Shown here in pieces: positions 38,814-48,904 of a DNA stretch of 64,000 nucleotides. Source of the DNA: Bacteroidales bacterium. Lineage in GTDB: Bacteria; Bacteroidota; Bacteroidia; Bacteroidales; VadinHA17. The stretch is taken from assembly GCA_034005245.1 (NCBI GenBank), contig JAVEVC010000001.1:64852-128851 (forward strand), read 5' to 3'. Made by a program: the position numbers and the translations under genes. The notes beneath the pieces are model-generated. The model was given only the letters and a program-made list of their open reading frames with translations, was not told the DNA's origin and did no database searches. Positions within the stretch are counted from its first letter, which is position 1; each line of letters begins with the position of its first letter.

Positions 38814-40163
38814 TTGGAACCAGGATTTCTATACTGCCTGATGTCACTTCCTGCTGTTCATGCAGCCTTCACCCCTGATTATAAAATTATTACAGGAATT
38901 ATAATCTTGCTTTTGCTTCTTTGCGCATCAGCATTTATCTCGGGATCAGAAGTGGCCTTTTTCTCGCTTAAGCCAGAAGACCTGGAAAAACTCAGGAACA
39001 AAAAAAGCCAGAAGGCTAAAAATGTACTACACCTCTATAACATGCCGGAGAAACTCCTTTCAACAATACTTGTATCAAATAATACCGTAAATATTGCATT
39101 TGTTCTACTGGCAGCATTCCTCAGCGCAAGATTGTTCGACTTCAGTGCAAAACCGGTCCTGGGATTCGTTGTCGAGGCCATTGGCATCACCTTCCTGTTA
39201 TTACTCTTCGGCGAAATAATGCCAAAGGTTTTTGCATCAAAGAACCAGATTAAAATGACGCTCTTCATGGCTTCACCCCTTGCAGCCCTCGAAAAGGTGT
39301 TCAGGCCCATATCATCAATGCTTGTGTTGTCAACATCATTCGTGAAGAAACGAACAGGCATCAAGGGATCAAACATCAGCATGGATGACCTTTCTGAAGC
39401 TCTGGAGCTTGCCTCGGACGATATAAATGAGGACGAGAAAATACTTAAGGGCATTGTGAACTTTGGCAACATAAATGTCAGCGAAATAATGTGCCCAAGA
39501 ATAGATGTTACTTCTCTCGATATAAAGCTGGGTTTCAATAAAGTCAAATCATTAATTATCGAATCAGGATTCTCAAGAATACCTGTTTATTCAGGAACAT
39601 TCGATTCCATAAAAGGAATCTTGTATGCTAAGGATATTCTCCCCTATACAGGAAGCCCTGATAATTTCAAATGGCAGTCCCTGATAAGGCCCCCTCACTT
39701 TGTACCTGAAACAAAAAAGATCAACGAACTGCTTAAGGATTTCCAGATTAAAAAGATACACATGGCTGTTGTGGTTGATGAATATGGCGGAACATCAGGA
39801 ATAATAACCCTTGAAGATATCCTGGAAGAAATAGTCGGCGAAATCACTGATGAAAGTGATGAAGACGAAGCTCTTTACAGAAAGATAGATGACAACAGGT
39901 ATATATTCGAAGGGAAGGTTCTGCTAAACGATTTATTTAAGATAATCGACATACCTGATGACACTTTTGAGGATGTGCGTGGAGAATCAGAAACTCTTGC
40001 CGGCCTTATACTTGAAATGACTGGAGAAATACCTCAGAAGGGACAGAGCATAAGATACGGCCATTTCAACTTTATAATTGAATCAGCCGATAAGAGAAGG
40101 ATAAAGGAAATAAGAGTGGAAATTGAAGATGAGCCTGTTGAGGATAAGAAAAAGGACGAATAA
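38814..40163 (+). CDS. gldE: gliding-motility-associated protein GldE (CNNM/DUF21 membrane domain + CBS pair + CorC_HlyC)
   Basis: 449 aa. N-terminal TM helices, CBS pair, and C-terminal transporter-associated domain. ssb-gldE-gldD synteny is as described for Flavobacterium. The start is uncertain (TTG at 38814 or ATG at 38841). Confidence 0.7.
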   Translation: MEPGFLYCLMSLPAVHAAFTPDYKIITGIIILLLLLCASAFISGSEVAFFSLKPEDLEKLRNKKSQKAKNVLHLYNMPEKLLSTILVSNNTVNIAFVLLAAFLSARLFDFSAKPVLGFVVEAIGITFLLLLFGEIMPKVFASKNQIKMTLFMASPLAALEKVFRPISSMLVLSTSFVKKRTGIKGSNISMDDLSEALELASDDINEDEKILKGIVNFGNINVSEIMCPRIDVTSLDIKLGFNKVKSLIIESGFSRIPVYSGTFDSIKGILYAKDILPYTGSPDNFKWQSLIRPPHFVPETKKINELLKDFQIKKIHMAVVVDEYGGTSGIITLEDILEEIVGEITDESDEDEALYRKIDDNRYIFEGKVLLNDLFKIIDIPDDTFEDVRGESETLAGLILEMTGEIPQKGQSIRYGHFNFIIESADKRRIKEIRVEIEDEPVEDKKKDE

Positions 40164-40167
40164 GCTG

Positions 40168-40746
40168 ATGGCCGTTATGATCCTGATCCTGGCACTGCCC
40201 GGATGCAGGGATGTGCCGGTCCCAAGACCCAGAGGGTACTTTAGGATAGATTTCCCGCCGAAGGAATACATTTCAAGTGAAAGCAATCCTCTCAGCCATA
40301 AAATCCCCTTTCTTACAGAATATCCGCTGTATGGAAATCTAACATCCGGTGAAGGAAGCAACGGGGAACAGGGATGGTTTAACATAGAATTTCCTGCCTT
40401 CAAAGCCAAAATATATCTCACATACAAGGAAATCAAAAACGATCTCCCAAGCCTTATAGAGCAGACATACACAATGAATGTAAAAAATCATATTTCCAAA
40501 GCCGACGCAATAAATGAAGAAATAATATCAAACGGTTCAAGCAATGTATTCGGCATCCTTTATGACCTAAAAGGTAATACCGCATCAGCTGTGCAGTTCT
40601 ATGTAACTGACAGCACGAAGCATTATCTCAGGGGATCATTGTATTTTAATGCTGAACCAAACGCCGACTCACTTGCCACAGTGGTTGAGTTTCTCAGGAA
40701 AGACATAGTACACATGATCGAAACCCTTCAGTGGAAAGCAGATTAA
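40168..40746 (+). CDS. gldD: gliding motility lipoprotein GldD
   Basis: Lipobox LALPGC followed by PRPRGYFRIDFP. The ORF-track start at 40123 overlaps gldE. The ATG at 40168 follows the gldE stop by 4 nt. Confidence 0.65.
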   Translation: MAVMILILALPGCRDVPVPRPRGYFRIDFPPKEYISSESNPLSHKIPFLTEYPLYGNLTSGEGSNGEQGWFNIEFPAFKAKIYLTYKEIKNDLPSLIEQTYTMNVKNHISKADAINEEIISNGSSNVFGILYDLKGNTASAVQFYVTDSTKHYLRGSLYFNAEPNADSLATVVEFLRKDIVHMIETLQWKAD

Positions 40747-40760
40747 CTTATCAGTGCATC

Positions 40761-41444
40761 ATGGGCTGCATTACAAAACATTACCTTAACGAATCAACTG
40801 TTCTCGGCGTCTGGAAGATTGAAGAGGATACAAGGACTCTCTTGAAGCTTGTTGAAATGGACCACAACGACAGGAAGAAATACAGGGAGTTTGCCAGCAC
40901 TTCCAGAAAACTTGAGTTTTTAAGCGTGAGAGCACTGCTTGCAGAACTTCTGGGGAAAGATGCAAAAATCGTCTACAATAAGAACAACAAACCTTTTCTC
41001 AGGGATGGCTCAAGATTCATCAGCATCTCACACTCAAACAAGCTTACGGCTATTTTACTGAGCACCAACGAAAAAGTGGGAATAGACCTCGAATATATGG
41101 GATCAAACATAGGAGCCATTGCCTTTAAATTCCTCAACAGGAAAGAGAAGATAACAAAAGACCGTGATAAAAGCAGGTACCATATGTACTTGCACTGGTG
41201 CGCCAAGGAAGCTCTTTACAAAATATGCGACAAGGAAGGTATAAGAATAAGAAAAGATATTACTATTGAGCCTTTTGAGGTTAAAGACTCGGGCGAGATA
41301 AATGGCAAGGTTAGCACTCGAAAAATTAAGGACTCATTTACATTGTACTATGCCAGATACGACAACTACGCGATAGTGTGGACAAAAAAGAATTATGAAA
41401 AAGATTGCGTTTCCGGGCAAGAAAAGCATTGCTCTTCTTCTTGA
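40761..41444 (+). CDS. 4'-phosphopantetheinyl transferase superfamily protein
   Basis: Sfp/EntD-like motifs are present: KPFL, ISISHS, GIDLE and WCAKEALYK. Trimmed to the ATG at 40761. Confidence 0.7.
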   Translation: MGCITKHYLNESTVLGVWKIEEDTRTLLKLVEMDHNDRKKYREFASTSRKLEFLSVRALLAELLGKDAKIVYNKNNKPFLRDGSRFISISHSNKLTAILLSTNEKVGIDLEYMGSNIGAIAFKFLNRKEKITKDRDKSRYHMYLHWCAKEALYKICDKEGIRIRKDITIEPFEVKDSGEINGKVSTRKIKDSFTLYYARYDNYAIVWTKKNYEKDCVSGQEKHCSSS

Positions 41445-42147
41445 TCCCGACAAAACAAGTGAGGAATCGCTGAGAAGAATCCTGAAAGCAGCTGAGGATA
41501 GCGGAACTGATTTTATTTTTGCCGGAGGCAGCCTTACTTTCAACAGTGTAGACAAACTGATCCATTCTGTGAAAATGATCTGCAGAATACCTGTGGTCCT
41601 TTTCCCCGGTAATCTCCTGCAGCTTAGCCGTGAAGCTGACATAATACTTCTGCTATCGCTGATCTCGGGGAGAAATCCGGAACTTCTGATAGGCAACCAT
41701 GTCATCGCGGCGCCATACCTTATTGATATAAAAGAGAAACTGGTCCCTGCCGGTTATATACTGGTAGGCTGCGGTACAAAAACCTCTGTTGAGTATATCA
41801 GCCAGACAGAAGCAATCCCTTGCGACAAGCCTGAAATTATTGTTGCTACTGCACTTGCCGGAGAAATGCTTGGATTAAAGATTATATACCTTGAAGCAGG
41901 TAGTGGTGCAAGAAATCCGGTCCCTCCGGCAGTCATACAAGCTGTTAAGAAGAATATTTCGGTTCCGCTTGCCGTGGGAGGCGGCATGACAAATGACAGG
42001 GAGGTCGCAGAGTCTTTTTCCTCAGGAGCAAACCTGGTGATCCTGGGCAACGGTTGTGAAAAATATCCGGATCTGCTTAAGGAAGCCTGTAAGGTAAGAG
42101 ATGATTTCCGCAAAAAAGCTCACCTCAACAGCTCTGAAAGGGGATGA
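41395..42147 (+). CDS. geranylgeranylglyceryl-phosphate synthase family protein (PcrB/GGGPS, TIM barrel)
   Basis: 250 aa. Contains LLDPDK, FAGGS, YLEAGSGA and VGGG motifs typical of the GGGPS/HepGPS family. Confidence 0.75.
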   Translation: MKKIAFPGKKSIALLLDPDKTSEESLRRILKAAEDSGTDFIFAGGSLTFNSVDKLIHSVKMICRIPVVLFPGNLLQLSREADIILLLSLISGRNPELLIGNHVIAAPYLIDIKEKLVPAGYILVGCGTKTSVEYISQTEAIPCDKPEIIVATALAGEMLGLKIIYLEAGSGARNPVPPAVIQAVKKNISVPLAVGGGMTNDREVAESFSSGANLVILGNGCEKYPDLLKEACKVRDDFRKKAHLNSSERG

Positions 42148-43775
42148 CCTGTCGATGCGTTAGGATATGGTACTTTGCATAGCTCGGAAAGCGTCACTGC
42201 AATATCGGTCATATTAACATTTCTCATTACTGTAGCCCGGTTCACAGTCCATCCATACCAGATCAGTGAAACATGCGAATCATACTCATAGGGTGAATTA
42301 TGGTTGGTGAGCCCGGTACCTTCATTTTCGACCCACCCCGGATGAAGAGTCACAATAATATCTCCCGACCTCTGTGGACTAAAATTGTTCATTATCTTCC
42401 TCAGATGACCGTTCCCGAAATCATTTGCATAAAAAGCCTGGTAAGGATATGCTGATGCCACGCCTGTAAACTGGATCAGAAAGCGTGCAGCCTTCTTCTG
42501 TACGTCCTCAAGAGGAATACGTGCATCTTCAATCAGTGTACGATTCAGGAATACCTGCTTCTCAGAATAGCCCTTCACCCAGTTTCCTTCGCCGTATACA
42601 GCATTAAGATAGCTTCTGAGAAGCTGCAAAGCCTGATTCTGCCTGAAATAACCTGCAGGAATCCGATAACTTTCCAGTATGCCGGGAACTTCCGAGACAC
42701 CATGCGCAGCTGTAAAATATACCAGAACATTTTTCTTACCCAGATTATCATTGATATATTTTATCAGCTTCTCAATATCCTGGTCGAGGCGTAGAATTGC
42801 ATCTCCTGCTTCCACGGAAGAAGGGCCAAACCTATGACCAATATTATCAGTTGCTGAATAGCATATCGAAAGAAAATCCGTAATGTCGTCCTGCCCCAAT
42901 CTCTCATTTTCAATAAGTTTCAATGCAAAATCCGTTGTAAGGTTATTGCCGAACGGAGTCTCTCTCAGCAAAGAAAAGTCACGGGAAGGGCCTTTTTTCT
43001 GCTGCTGAGATATTTTCCTGAGATCATAGGGGAAATAATTTCTGCCGGCAAACCCTGTTTCTATACTGTTTGTATCAGGCAGGCAATCGTAATAACTTTG
43101 AGGTGAAAGAAGGGGATTCCAGACTGAATTCAGGTATGTTTCTGAATGGTTCATTGAGTTGAAATCATTCACCCAGGAAGGAAGAACATCCATGTAATAG
43201 GTACACGACATAAACGTTCCGGATGAATTGTCAAACCAATAGACACCATCAGCCGAATGCCCTGCAGAGAAAATAGCCGGATGTTCCTTCAAGCCCACAG
43301 CAAAAACCCTGGCGTTTTTATTGGTAGCCATTTTCAGTTCATCCGCAAAAGTTGATGCCTGAAGATTCACCGGCGAATGCAAGCCAGCCTCATAACTGCC
43401 TCCAACCGGATTAACTGAGATATCCTTTGATGAATATACCAGTTCATCTCTTAATGGAACGTACCAGTTGTCAGATGTAATCCCATGATATGAAGGTTCT
43501 GTCCCTGTAGCAATGGTTGAGTGGGAAGGTGCTGATTGAGTAAGCATGAACTCATATGATGCATTCCTGAAATAAGTGCCCTCGCTGATAAGTTTTTTTA
43601 TGCCATTCTCAGAAAACCGGTCCCTGAATTTTTCTATCTGGTCAAATTTCAGCTGTTCAACCACAATGCCAATCACCAGCTTTGGTTTGTCGGGCGGAAG
43701 ATAAGCTTCCTGCCCTGAAAGCCCTAAAAAAGAATTGATAACTAGAAATATCGCAGTCAGTTTCTTCATATGCAT
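42120..43775 (-). CDS. alkaline-phosphatase superfamily protein (nucleotide pyrophosphatase/phosphodiesterase type)
   Basis: 551 aa. Signal peptide, SAPSHSTIATGTEPSYHGI nucleophile region, and DNIGHRFGP metal-site motif. Confidence 0.7.
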   Translation of the reverse strand: MHMKKLTAIFLVINSFLGLSGQEAYLPPDKPKLVIGIVVEQLKFDQIEKFRDRFSENGIKKLISEGTYFRNASYEFMLTQSAPSHSTIATGTEPSYHGITSDNWYVPLRDELVYSSKDISVNPVGGSYEAGLHSPVNLQASTFADELKMATNKNARVFAVGLKEHPAIFSAGHSADGVYWFDNSSGTFMSCTYYMDVLPSWVNDFNSMNHSETYLNSVWNPLLSPQSYYDCLPDTNSIETGFAGRNYFPYDLRKISQQQKKGPSRDFSLLRETPFGNNLTTDFALKLIENERLGQDDITDFLSICYSATDNIGHRFGPSSVEAGDAILRLDQDIEKLIKYINDNLGKKNVLVYFTAAHGVSEVPGILESYRIPAGYFRQNQALQLLRSYLNAVYGEGNWVKGYSEKQVFLNRTLIEDARIPLEDVQKKAARFLIQFTGVASAYPYQAFYANDFGNGHLRKIMNNFSPQRSGDIIVTLHPGWVENEGTGLTNHNSPYEYDSHVSLIWYGWTVNRATVMRNVNMTDIAVTLSELCKVPYPNASTGHPLSELLR

Positions 43776-43902
43776 CTCCCTCTTCTTACTTTTCTGATAC
43801 CGGGGTCAAGGACAATTTGATCCTTAATCATGCCCGAAAACAAGTTCCAAAAGTAATTTTTTTAATGAGAGAAACAAACAGTTGGGAAATCAAGGTTAAG
43901 GA

Positions 43903-45606
43903 TCAATCGTCCCCTGACTTTACAAACCGGCCTGAAAGGGAAAGTCCGGTCGTGGTATTGGTGAAAACAACAATATAAGCTCCGGCGCCAAGAATGCCTG
44001 TCTCAAGAACGAAAGGATCGGTCCCGGATACAACCTTTTCAAACTCAGCCACACTTTTTCCTGAATGGCTTATAACCCGGATGTTTATTTTTCCAGCCAT
44101 TTTTGACGGAAGCAGTACATTAACCGATGATCTGGAAGGATTAGGATAAATAACCGGCACGCTGGTGTCGGTGCTATCTTTCGGATTGATTGCCTTGCGC
44201 ATAGGTACTTCAATACTTGTCCTTCCCAGGTCAGTTACAATAACATCCTGAATTGTTGTATCACGATATCCGTCAGAAGAGAATGTAAGGTTCCACAGTC
44301 CTGGAGAAAGCATACGCGTGAACCTTCCCGAGAGAGTGTCGCAATATATTTGAGAACTGTCTCTGTCATGCCCATTTATATAGAGCATTGCAGGCACAGG
44401 TCTCCCGCTTTCGTGATCAAGGGTTATCCCATGAATTCCGTACAGGGCATTTTCGATAAATCCTATGATAGACCGGCGGTTAAACTCCCAAAGGTCATTA
44501 AGTTCATTAGCCGGGGTGACATAGTCATCGTCAAGCTCAATTGTTAGTTCCCTGCCTTGGAGTTCCCATGTAACAAAATCCTGCCTGCCTCCGTTAATGC
44601 AATACCATTCAAACCCGTTGGTGATGCCATTATTAAGATCATCCATATAACCCGGCCTGGAAAAGAAGTGAACGGTGTCGGCATAATTTCTGCTTATCTG
44701 GTAAAACCAATCATTGTCAGCATGATATCTCTCCCATTTATCCCATGGATAGTTGACCACCTCCGCCCCTGAATGAAAATTTACTGAAAGAATGAAGTCG
44801 TGTTTCCGCAAGAATTTTATCATATCCACAGTTTCTTTCTGAAAGCTGGTCTTAGGAGTTTCAGCATCGGGGAAATCCCTGTTTAGATCAACCCCATTGG
44901 CATTATCCCTGACAGGAGTAGTGATCTCATCTCCGAATCTATAGGTACCATCCGGATTTGCCAGAGGATTGATCCAAACTTCGAGATTTTGAATAATATT
45001 ACTGATCCTTGGGTCAGACCTGCCGTTCTTCAGCAGGTACTCAGCCAGCCTGAGCATAAGAATAAATCCACCTGTTTCGTCACCATGAATTGTTGATGTA
45101 AGAAATAATCGCGGTACACTTCTTTCATCACCTGTATGGTCAGAGATCCGCAATGCATAAATAAGCCTGCCCTTAATACTCATTCCAATAGTGTCGAGTC
45201 TGCAGATTGCCGGATAATCCCTTCCAAATGATCTCATTATGGAATCGTATTGAGGGAGTGTGGGATAACTATCCCATTGCATTGCCTCTTTTACGGTTGA
45301 TGAATTCCGGAGGCTCCCTGATAAGTCAGGGTCGTATATCTTATAATCGTACCCAAGGGACAGGAACCGTTCAATGTTTCCAGGAGTGACGACCAGATAC
45401 AGTTCGCTGTCCTTCACTGACCTGAATGACATGTTTTCCGAGAGTTCACGGGCAGCAGCTTTTCCTGGCCAGACTATTGAGACATTTGCCTGACCTTTTT
45501 GCTTTACCAATTCCTTCAGTCTGTCCCCCTTGTTACTGCTCTGAGCAAAACACGAAAGACAAGGGAGAGCCAGAAAAAAGAATACTATAGCCCGGAGTCT
45601 GATCAT
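43903..45606 (-). CDS. M14 zinc carboxypeptidase with C-terminal T9SS sorting domain
   Basis: 567 aa. Signal peptide, HGDE zinc motif (TSTIHGDETGG), NPDG and FHSG motifs, and a C-terminal YPNPS... beta-sandwich tail. Confidence 0.8.
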   Translation of the reverse strand: MIRLRAIVFFFLALPCLSCFAQSSNKGDRLKELVKQKGQANVSIVWPGKAAARELSENMSFRSVKDSELYLVVTPGNIERFLSLGYDYKIYDPDLSGSLRNSSTVKEAMQWDSYPTLPQYDSIMRSFGRDYPAICRLDTIGMSIKGRLIYALRISDHTGDERSVPRLFLTSTIHGDETGGFILMLRLAEYLLKNGRSDPRISNIIQNLEVWINPLANPDGTYRFGDEITTPVRDNANGVDLNRDFPDAETPKTSFQKETVDMIKFLRKHDFILSVNFHSGAEVVNYPWDKWERYHADNDWFYQISRNYADTVHFFSRPGYMDDLNNGITNGFEWYCINGGRQDFVTWELQGRELTIELDDDYVTPANELNDLWEFNRRSIIGFIENALYGIHGITLDHESGRPVPAMLYINGHDRDSSQIYCDTLSGRFTRMLSPGLWNLTFSSDGYRDTTIQDVIVTDLGRTSIEVPMRKAINPKDSTDTSVPVIYPNPSRSSVNVLLPSKMAGKINIRVISHSGKSVAEFEKVVSGTDPFVLETGILGAGAYIVVFTNTTTGLSLSGRFVKSGDD

Positions 45607-45614
45607 CTCTTAAG

Positions 45615-46712
45615 CTAAACATTGAAACGTATGTGAAGAATATCACCATCCTCAACAATATAGCTCTTCCCTTCGATATAGAATTTGCCGGCTTCCCTGC
45701 AGGCATGCTCCGAACCAAGAGTTATGAAGTCATTGTATTTCATCACCTCTGCCCTGATAAAACCCCTTTCGAGGTCGCTGTGTATTACACCTGAAGCCTG
45801 TGGAGCAGTCATCCCTTTCTTTATAGTCCAGGCTCTAATCTCTTTTGGGCCCACGGTAAAGAATGTCTGAAGGTTGAGCATTTTATAGGCTGCCCTGATC
45901 ATCTTATCGACACCCGGTTCGCTCAGTCCTGCATCCTGAAGAAATGCAACACGATCATCCCTGCTCTCAAGCTCTGCTATTTCAGCTTCCACCAGACCGG
46001 CAATTACCAATATCCCGGCATCCTTCCCCCTGAGGACTTCAGTTACCGCTTCAACATACCTGTTTCCTGATGTAGCTGACTTCTCATCAACATTACATAC
46101 ATAAATGACAGGCTTCATAGTAAGAAGGAAAAGATCATCGACGTGTTTCCTCTCTTCCTCCCTGACTTCAAGGGTTCTTGCATCGTTAAAATTGCCAATA
46201 TGATCCCTGTATCTCGTTAAAACTCCTATTGAGACTTTAGCATCCTTATCCCCCGATTTCGCAAGCTTTTCCAGGCGCTGTAGCTTTTTCCCCACTGACT
46301 CAAGGTCCTTTACCTGAAGCTCAAAGCTTACTGTTTCCATATCTCTCACCGGGTCGACAGAACCATCAATATGAGGTAATGAATCGTCGTCGAAACATCG
46401 CAGGACATGAATAAGTGCATCGGTGTTCCTAATATCACCCAGAAACCTGTTACCAACACCTTCTCCTCTGTTTGAGCCGCGGGCCAGACCTGGTATATCC
46501 ACAATCTCCATCGTAGTGTGAACAATTTTGTCGGTTATCTGATGCTTTTCAAGCTCATAAAGCCTTGGATCAGGTACCTGAATAACAGCAATATTGGATT
46601 TTGTTGCGCTGAAAGCGGAAGCACTTGTTTCCACATTCGTTCCGGAAATACAATTGAAGATTGTGGTTTTACCAACATTCGTAATTCCAATGATTCCACA
46701 TTGAAGAGCCAT
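45615..46712 (-). CDS. ychF: redox-regulated ATPase YchF
   Basis: 365 aa. Contains GIIGITNVGKTT P-loop, DIPGL, and a C-terminal TGS-like GDILHIRFNV. Confidence 0.9.
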   Translation of the reverse strand: MALQCGIIGITNVGKTTIFNCISGTNVETSASAFSATKSNIAVIQVPDPRLYELEKHQITDKIVHTTMEIVDIPGLARGSNRGEGVGNRFLGDIRNTDALIHVLRCFDDDSLPHIDGSVDPVRDMETVSFELQVKDLESVGKKLQRLEKLAKSGDKDAKVSIGVLTRYRDHIGNFNDARTLEVREEERKHVDDLFLLTMKPVIYVCNVDEKSATSGNRYVEAVTEVLRGKDAGILVIAGLVEAEIAELESRDDRVAFLQDAGLSEPGVDKMIRAAYKMLNLQTFFTVGPKEIRAWTIKKGMTAPQASGVIHSDLERGFIRAEVMKYNDFITLGSEHACREAGKFYIEGKSYIVEDGDILHIRFNV

Positions 46713-46738
46713 CAGGTTGAAGTTTTTACTAACTGGTA

Positions 46739-46746
46739 CAAATTTA
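46739..46746 (-). promoter_or_regulatory. Bacteroidota-type -7 promoter box (TAAATTTG) upstream of ychF
   Basis: Minus strand reads TAAATTTG, matching TAnnTTTG, 27 nt upstream of the ychF ATG. Confidence 0.35.
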
Positions 46747-46886
46747 TTATAAATCCCGGTTCGAAAGTGGACAAAGTCAGCGAAATGCTACAGACAACCA
46801 GTTAATATATGTCAATTCCAGATTAAAAATCTGCTTAATGGCTGTTTAAAAATATGACAGGGCATGTTATTTGAAAATGCCGGGAT

Positions 46887-48269
46887 TCAATCCGTGGACA
46901 ACGTCCTGGATTTCAGGTATTCTATCAACTCAGTTTCGGATATCTTCATCTGCTCCGATGTTGCCATAACTTTTAAAGTCACCACTTTATTCTGTATCTC
47001 CTCATCACCTGCCATTACAACAAAGGGTATATTTCTTGCATCTGCATATGCAATCTGCTTTTTGAGCCTTACACCATCAGGATACAATTCACTGCTGATA
47101 CTGATTTTATTCAGGCGATTCCTTAGCCTGATTGCATGTTTTGCTTCTTTTTCCCCGAAATTTACTATCAAAACCTGTGGTGATCCGTGAACCTGTTCTT
47201 CAAAAAGGTTAAGCTGGCTCATAACATCGTATATGCGGTCAGCACCAAAAGATATCCCTACACCTGAAATCCCCTCCATTCCAAAAACGCCCGTGAGATT
47301 ATCATAACGGCCACCTCCGCAGATACTTCCAATGCTAACATCTTTGGACCTGACCTCAATGATCGCTCCGGTATAGTAGTTTAGTCCCCTTGCAAGAGTT
47401 ATATCCACTTCAATGTCACAGCCCGGTGTATCTGCCTTAATATATGAGAAAAGTGTCCGGAGTTCATCCAGTCCCCTTTTGCCAACGACAGATCCCGTCA
47501 GGATTATGTCGAGCTTGCCAAGCTTCTCTTCAACAGATCCTTCAAGTTCAATAAGCGGCTGAAGCTTGCTTATCGCTTCCAATGAGACACCTCGTGCACC
47601 AAGTTCTTCATTCACCGCTTTAATACCTATCTTCTCAAGCTTGTCAATAGCAGTTGTTATGTCTGTGATTTTTTCAGCTTCTCCAATAAATTCAGCTATA
47701 CCTGCAAGCACCTTTCTGTTGTTTACTTTTACGGTAACGGATATTCCCAGCCTGCCGCTTATATCGTCAATAATTCTGATCAGCTCGTATTCATTAAGAA
47801 GCGAGTCGCTTCCGATCACATCAGCATCGCATTGAAAGAATTCCCGGTACCTGCCTCTCTGGGGCCGGTCGGCACGCCATACCGGTTGAATCTGGTATCT
47901 TTTAAAGGGAAAGATTATTTGGTCGCGATGCTGTACAACGTAACGTGCAAAAGGTACCGTAAGATCATATCTTAATCCCTTTCCGCATATCAGTGAAGAT
48001 ATTCTGGAAGGATCCTGTCCTTCAAGATCTTTTTCATCCAGCCCTGAGAGAAAATCGCCCGAATTGAGTATCCTGAAAAGAAGCCTGTCTCCCTCTTCGC
48101 CGTATTTGCCCAGAAGAGTTGAGAGATTTTCCATTGCAGGAGTTTCAATAGGCTGATATCCATACAGTCGGAAAACCTGTCGTATGGTATTGAATATAAA
48201 ATCCCTCCTTATCATCTCATCAGGGGGAAAATCGCGGGTTCCTTTTGGTATTGATGGTTTTTGAGTCAT
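46887..48269 (-). CDS. hisS: histidine--tRNA ligase
   Basis: 460 aa. Class II motifs are present: GTRDF, FRYERPQ-like [14 protein letters not shown], and GGGRYD. Confidence 0.9.
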   Translation of the reverse strand: MTQKPSIPKGTRDFPPDEMIRRDFIFNTIRQVFRLYGYQPIETPAMENLSTLLGKYGEEGDRLLFRILNSGDFLSGLDEKDLEGQDPSRISSLICGKGLRYDLTVPFARYVVQHRDQIIFPFKRYQIQPVWRADRPQRGRYREFFQCDADVIGSDSLLNEYELIRIIDDISGRLGISVTVKVNNRKVLAGIAEFIGEAEKITDITTAIDKLEKIGIKAVNEELGARGVSLEAISKLQPLIELEGSVEEKLGKLDIILTGSVVGKRGLDELRTLFSYIKADTPGCDIEVDITLARGLNYYTGAIIEVRSKDVSIGSICGGGRYDNLTGVFGMEGISGVGISFGADRIYDVMSQLNLFEEQVHGSPQVLIVNFGEKEAKHAIRLRNRLNKISISSELYPDGVRLKKQIAYADARNIPFVVMAGDEEIQNKVVTLKVMATSEQMKISETELIEYLKSRTLSTD

Positions 48270-48298
48270 TAGACAGTTAAAAGATGAAAGATAAAGGA

Positions 48299-48306
48299 CA
48301 AAAGTA
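48299..48306 (-). promoter_or_regulatory. Bacteroidota-type -7 promoter box (TACTTTTG) upstream of hisS
   Basis: Minus strand reads TACTTTTG, matching TAnnTTTG, 30 nt upstream of the hisS ATG. Confidence 0.35.
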
Positions 48307-48500
48307 TAAAGATAATGTCATAAAAAGGATAGCAGGAGCAAAAAGTCTGAACAACCGTCCGGCAGATAGATTAAACACCGGATCTGCAAGGCATGCAGCT
48401 AATTGCATGATAAATCCCGGATTATTGCCCAAAGAAAGGGTAAAAGGAAAAACAGGATGCTTCTTACAGGCCGTACTCAAAGGTTTAACCTGCTGCAAGA

Positions 48501-48857
48501 TCACTGAATGAAAGGGATAGTTATTGGATATCTGAATTCCTCACCCTTTGAAGCCTTGACACTTGCAATAATGATGCATATTATCTTCATTATAATAAGA
48601 AAGATCAGGATAGGGATGCCAACAATGATAATACACAGAGGCGCAACAAGGATCATATACAGAAGCATGGAAAGCTGGAAATTAAGTGAATTCCTGCCGT
48701 TTTGATTAACCCATTGCGATTCATCCTTTCGTGACAACCAGCATATAAGCGGACCTATGATTGCCCCGAAAGGAAAAAAGAAACCTGCAAATGCTGAAAG
48801 GTGACACAGCATTGCCCAGTTTCTTTCAGCTTCTGATAATTGCCTGATCCCGTCCAT
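48501..48857 (-). CDS. small integral membrane protein, DUF4870-like
   Basis: 118 aa. Contains ERNWAMLCHLSAFAGFFFPFGAIIGPLICWL, followed by two further hydrophobic helices. Confidence 0.6.
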   Translation of the reverse strand: MDGIRQLSEAERNWAMLCHLSAFAGFFFPFGAIIGPLICWLSRKDESQWVNQNGRNSLNFQLSMLLYMILVAPLCIIIVGIPILIFLIIMKIICIIIASVKASKGEEFRYPITIPFIQ

Positions 48858-48904
48858 ATAATCATTTTTATAAAAGACTCGATATTTTCTTCAATGCTGC
48901 ACGA

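Noticed and set aside
39035-39547. 170-aa minus-strand ORF antisense to gldE
   Set aside because: It is antisense to a conserved CBS-domain gene and has no motifs. This is a typical shadow ORF in AT-rich DNA.
48277-48511. Mirror-image 75-aa ORFs on both strands between hisS and the DUF4870-like gene
   Set aside because: The two ORFs occupy the same 230 bp on opposite strands, both with odd composition and no recognisable motifs. The region contains a hisS -7 box and one composite hairpin (CCGGGAU..AUGCA-loop-UGCAU..AUCCGG). It is most simply terminator-plus-promoter spacer.
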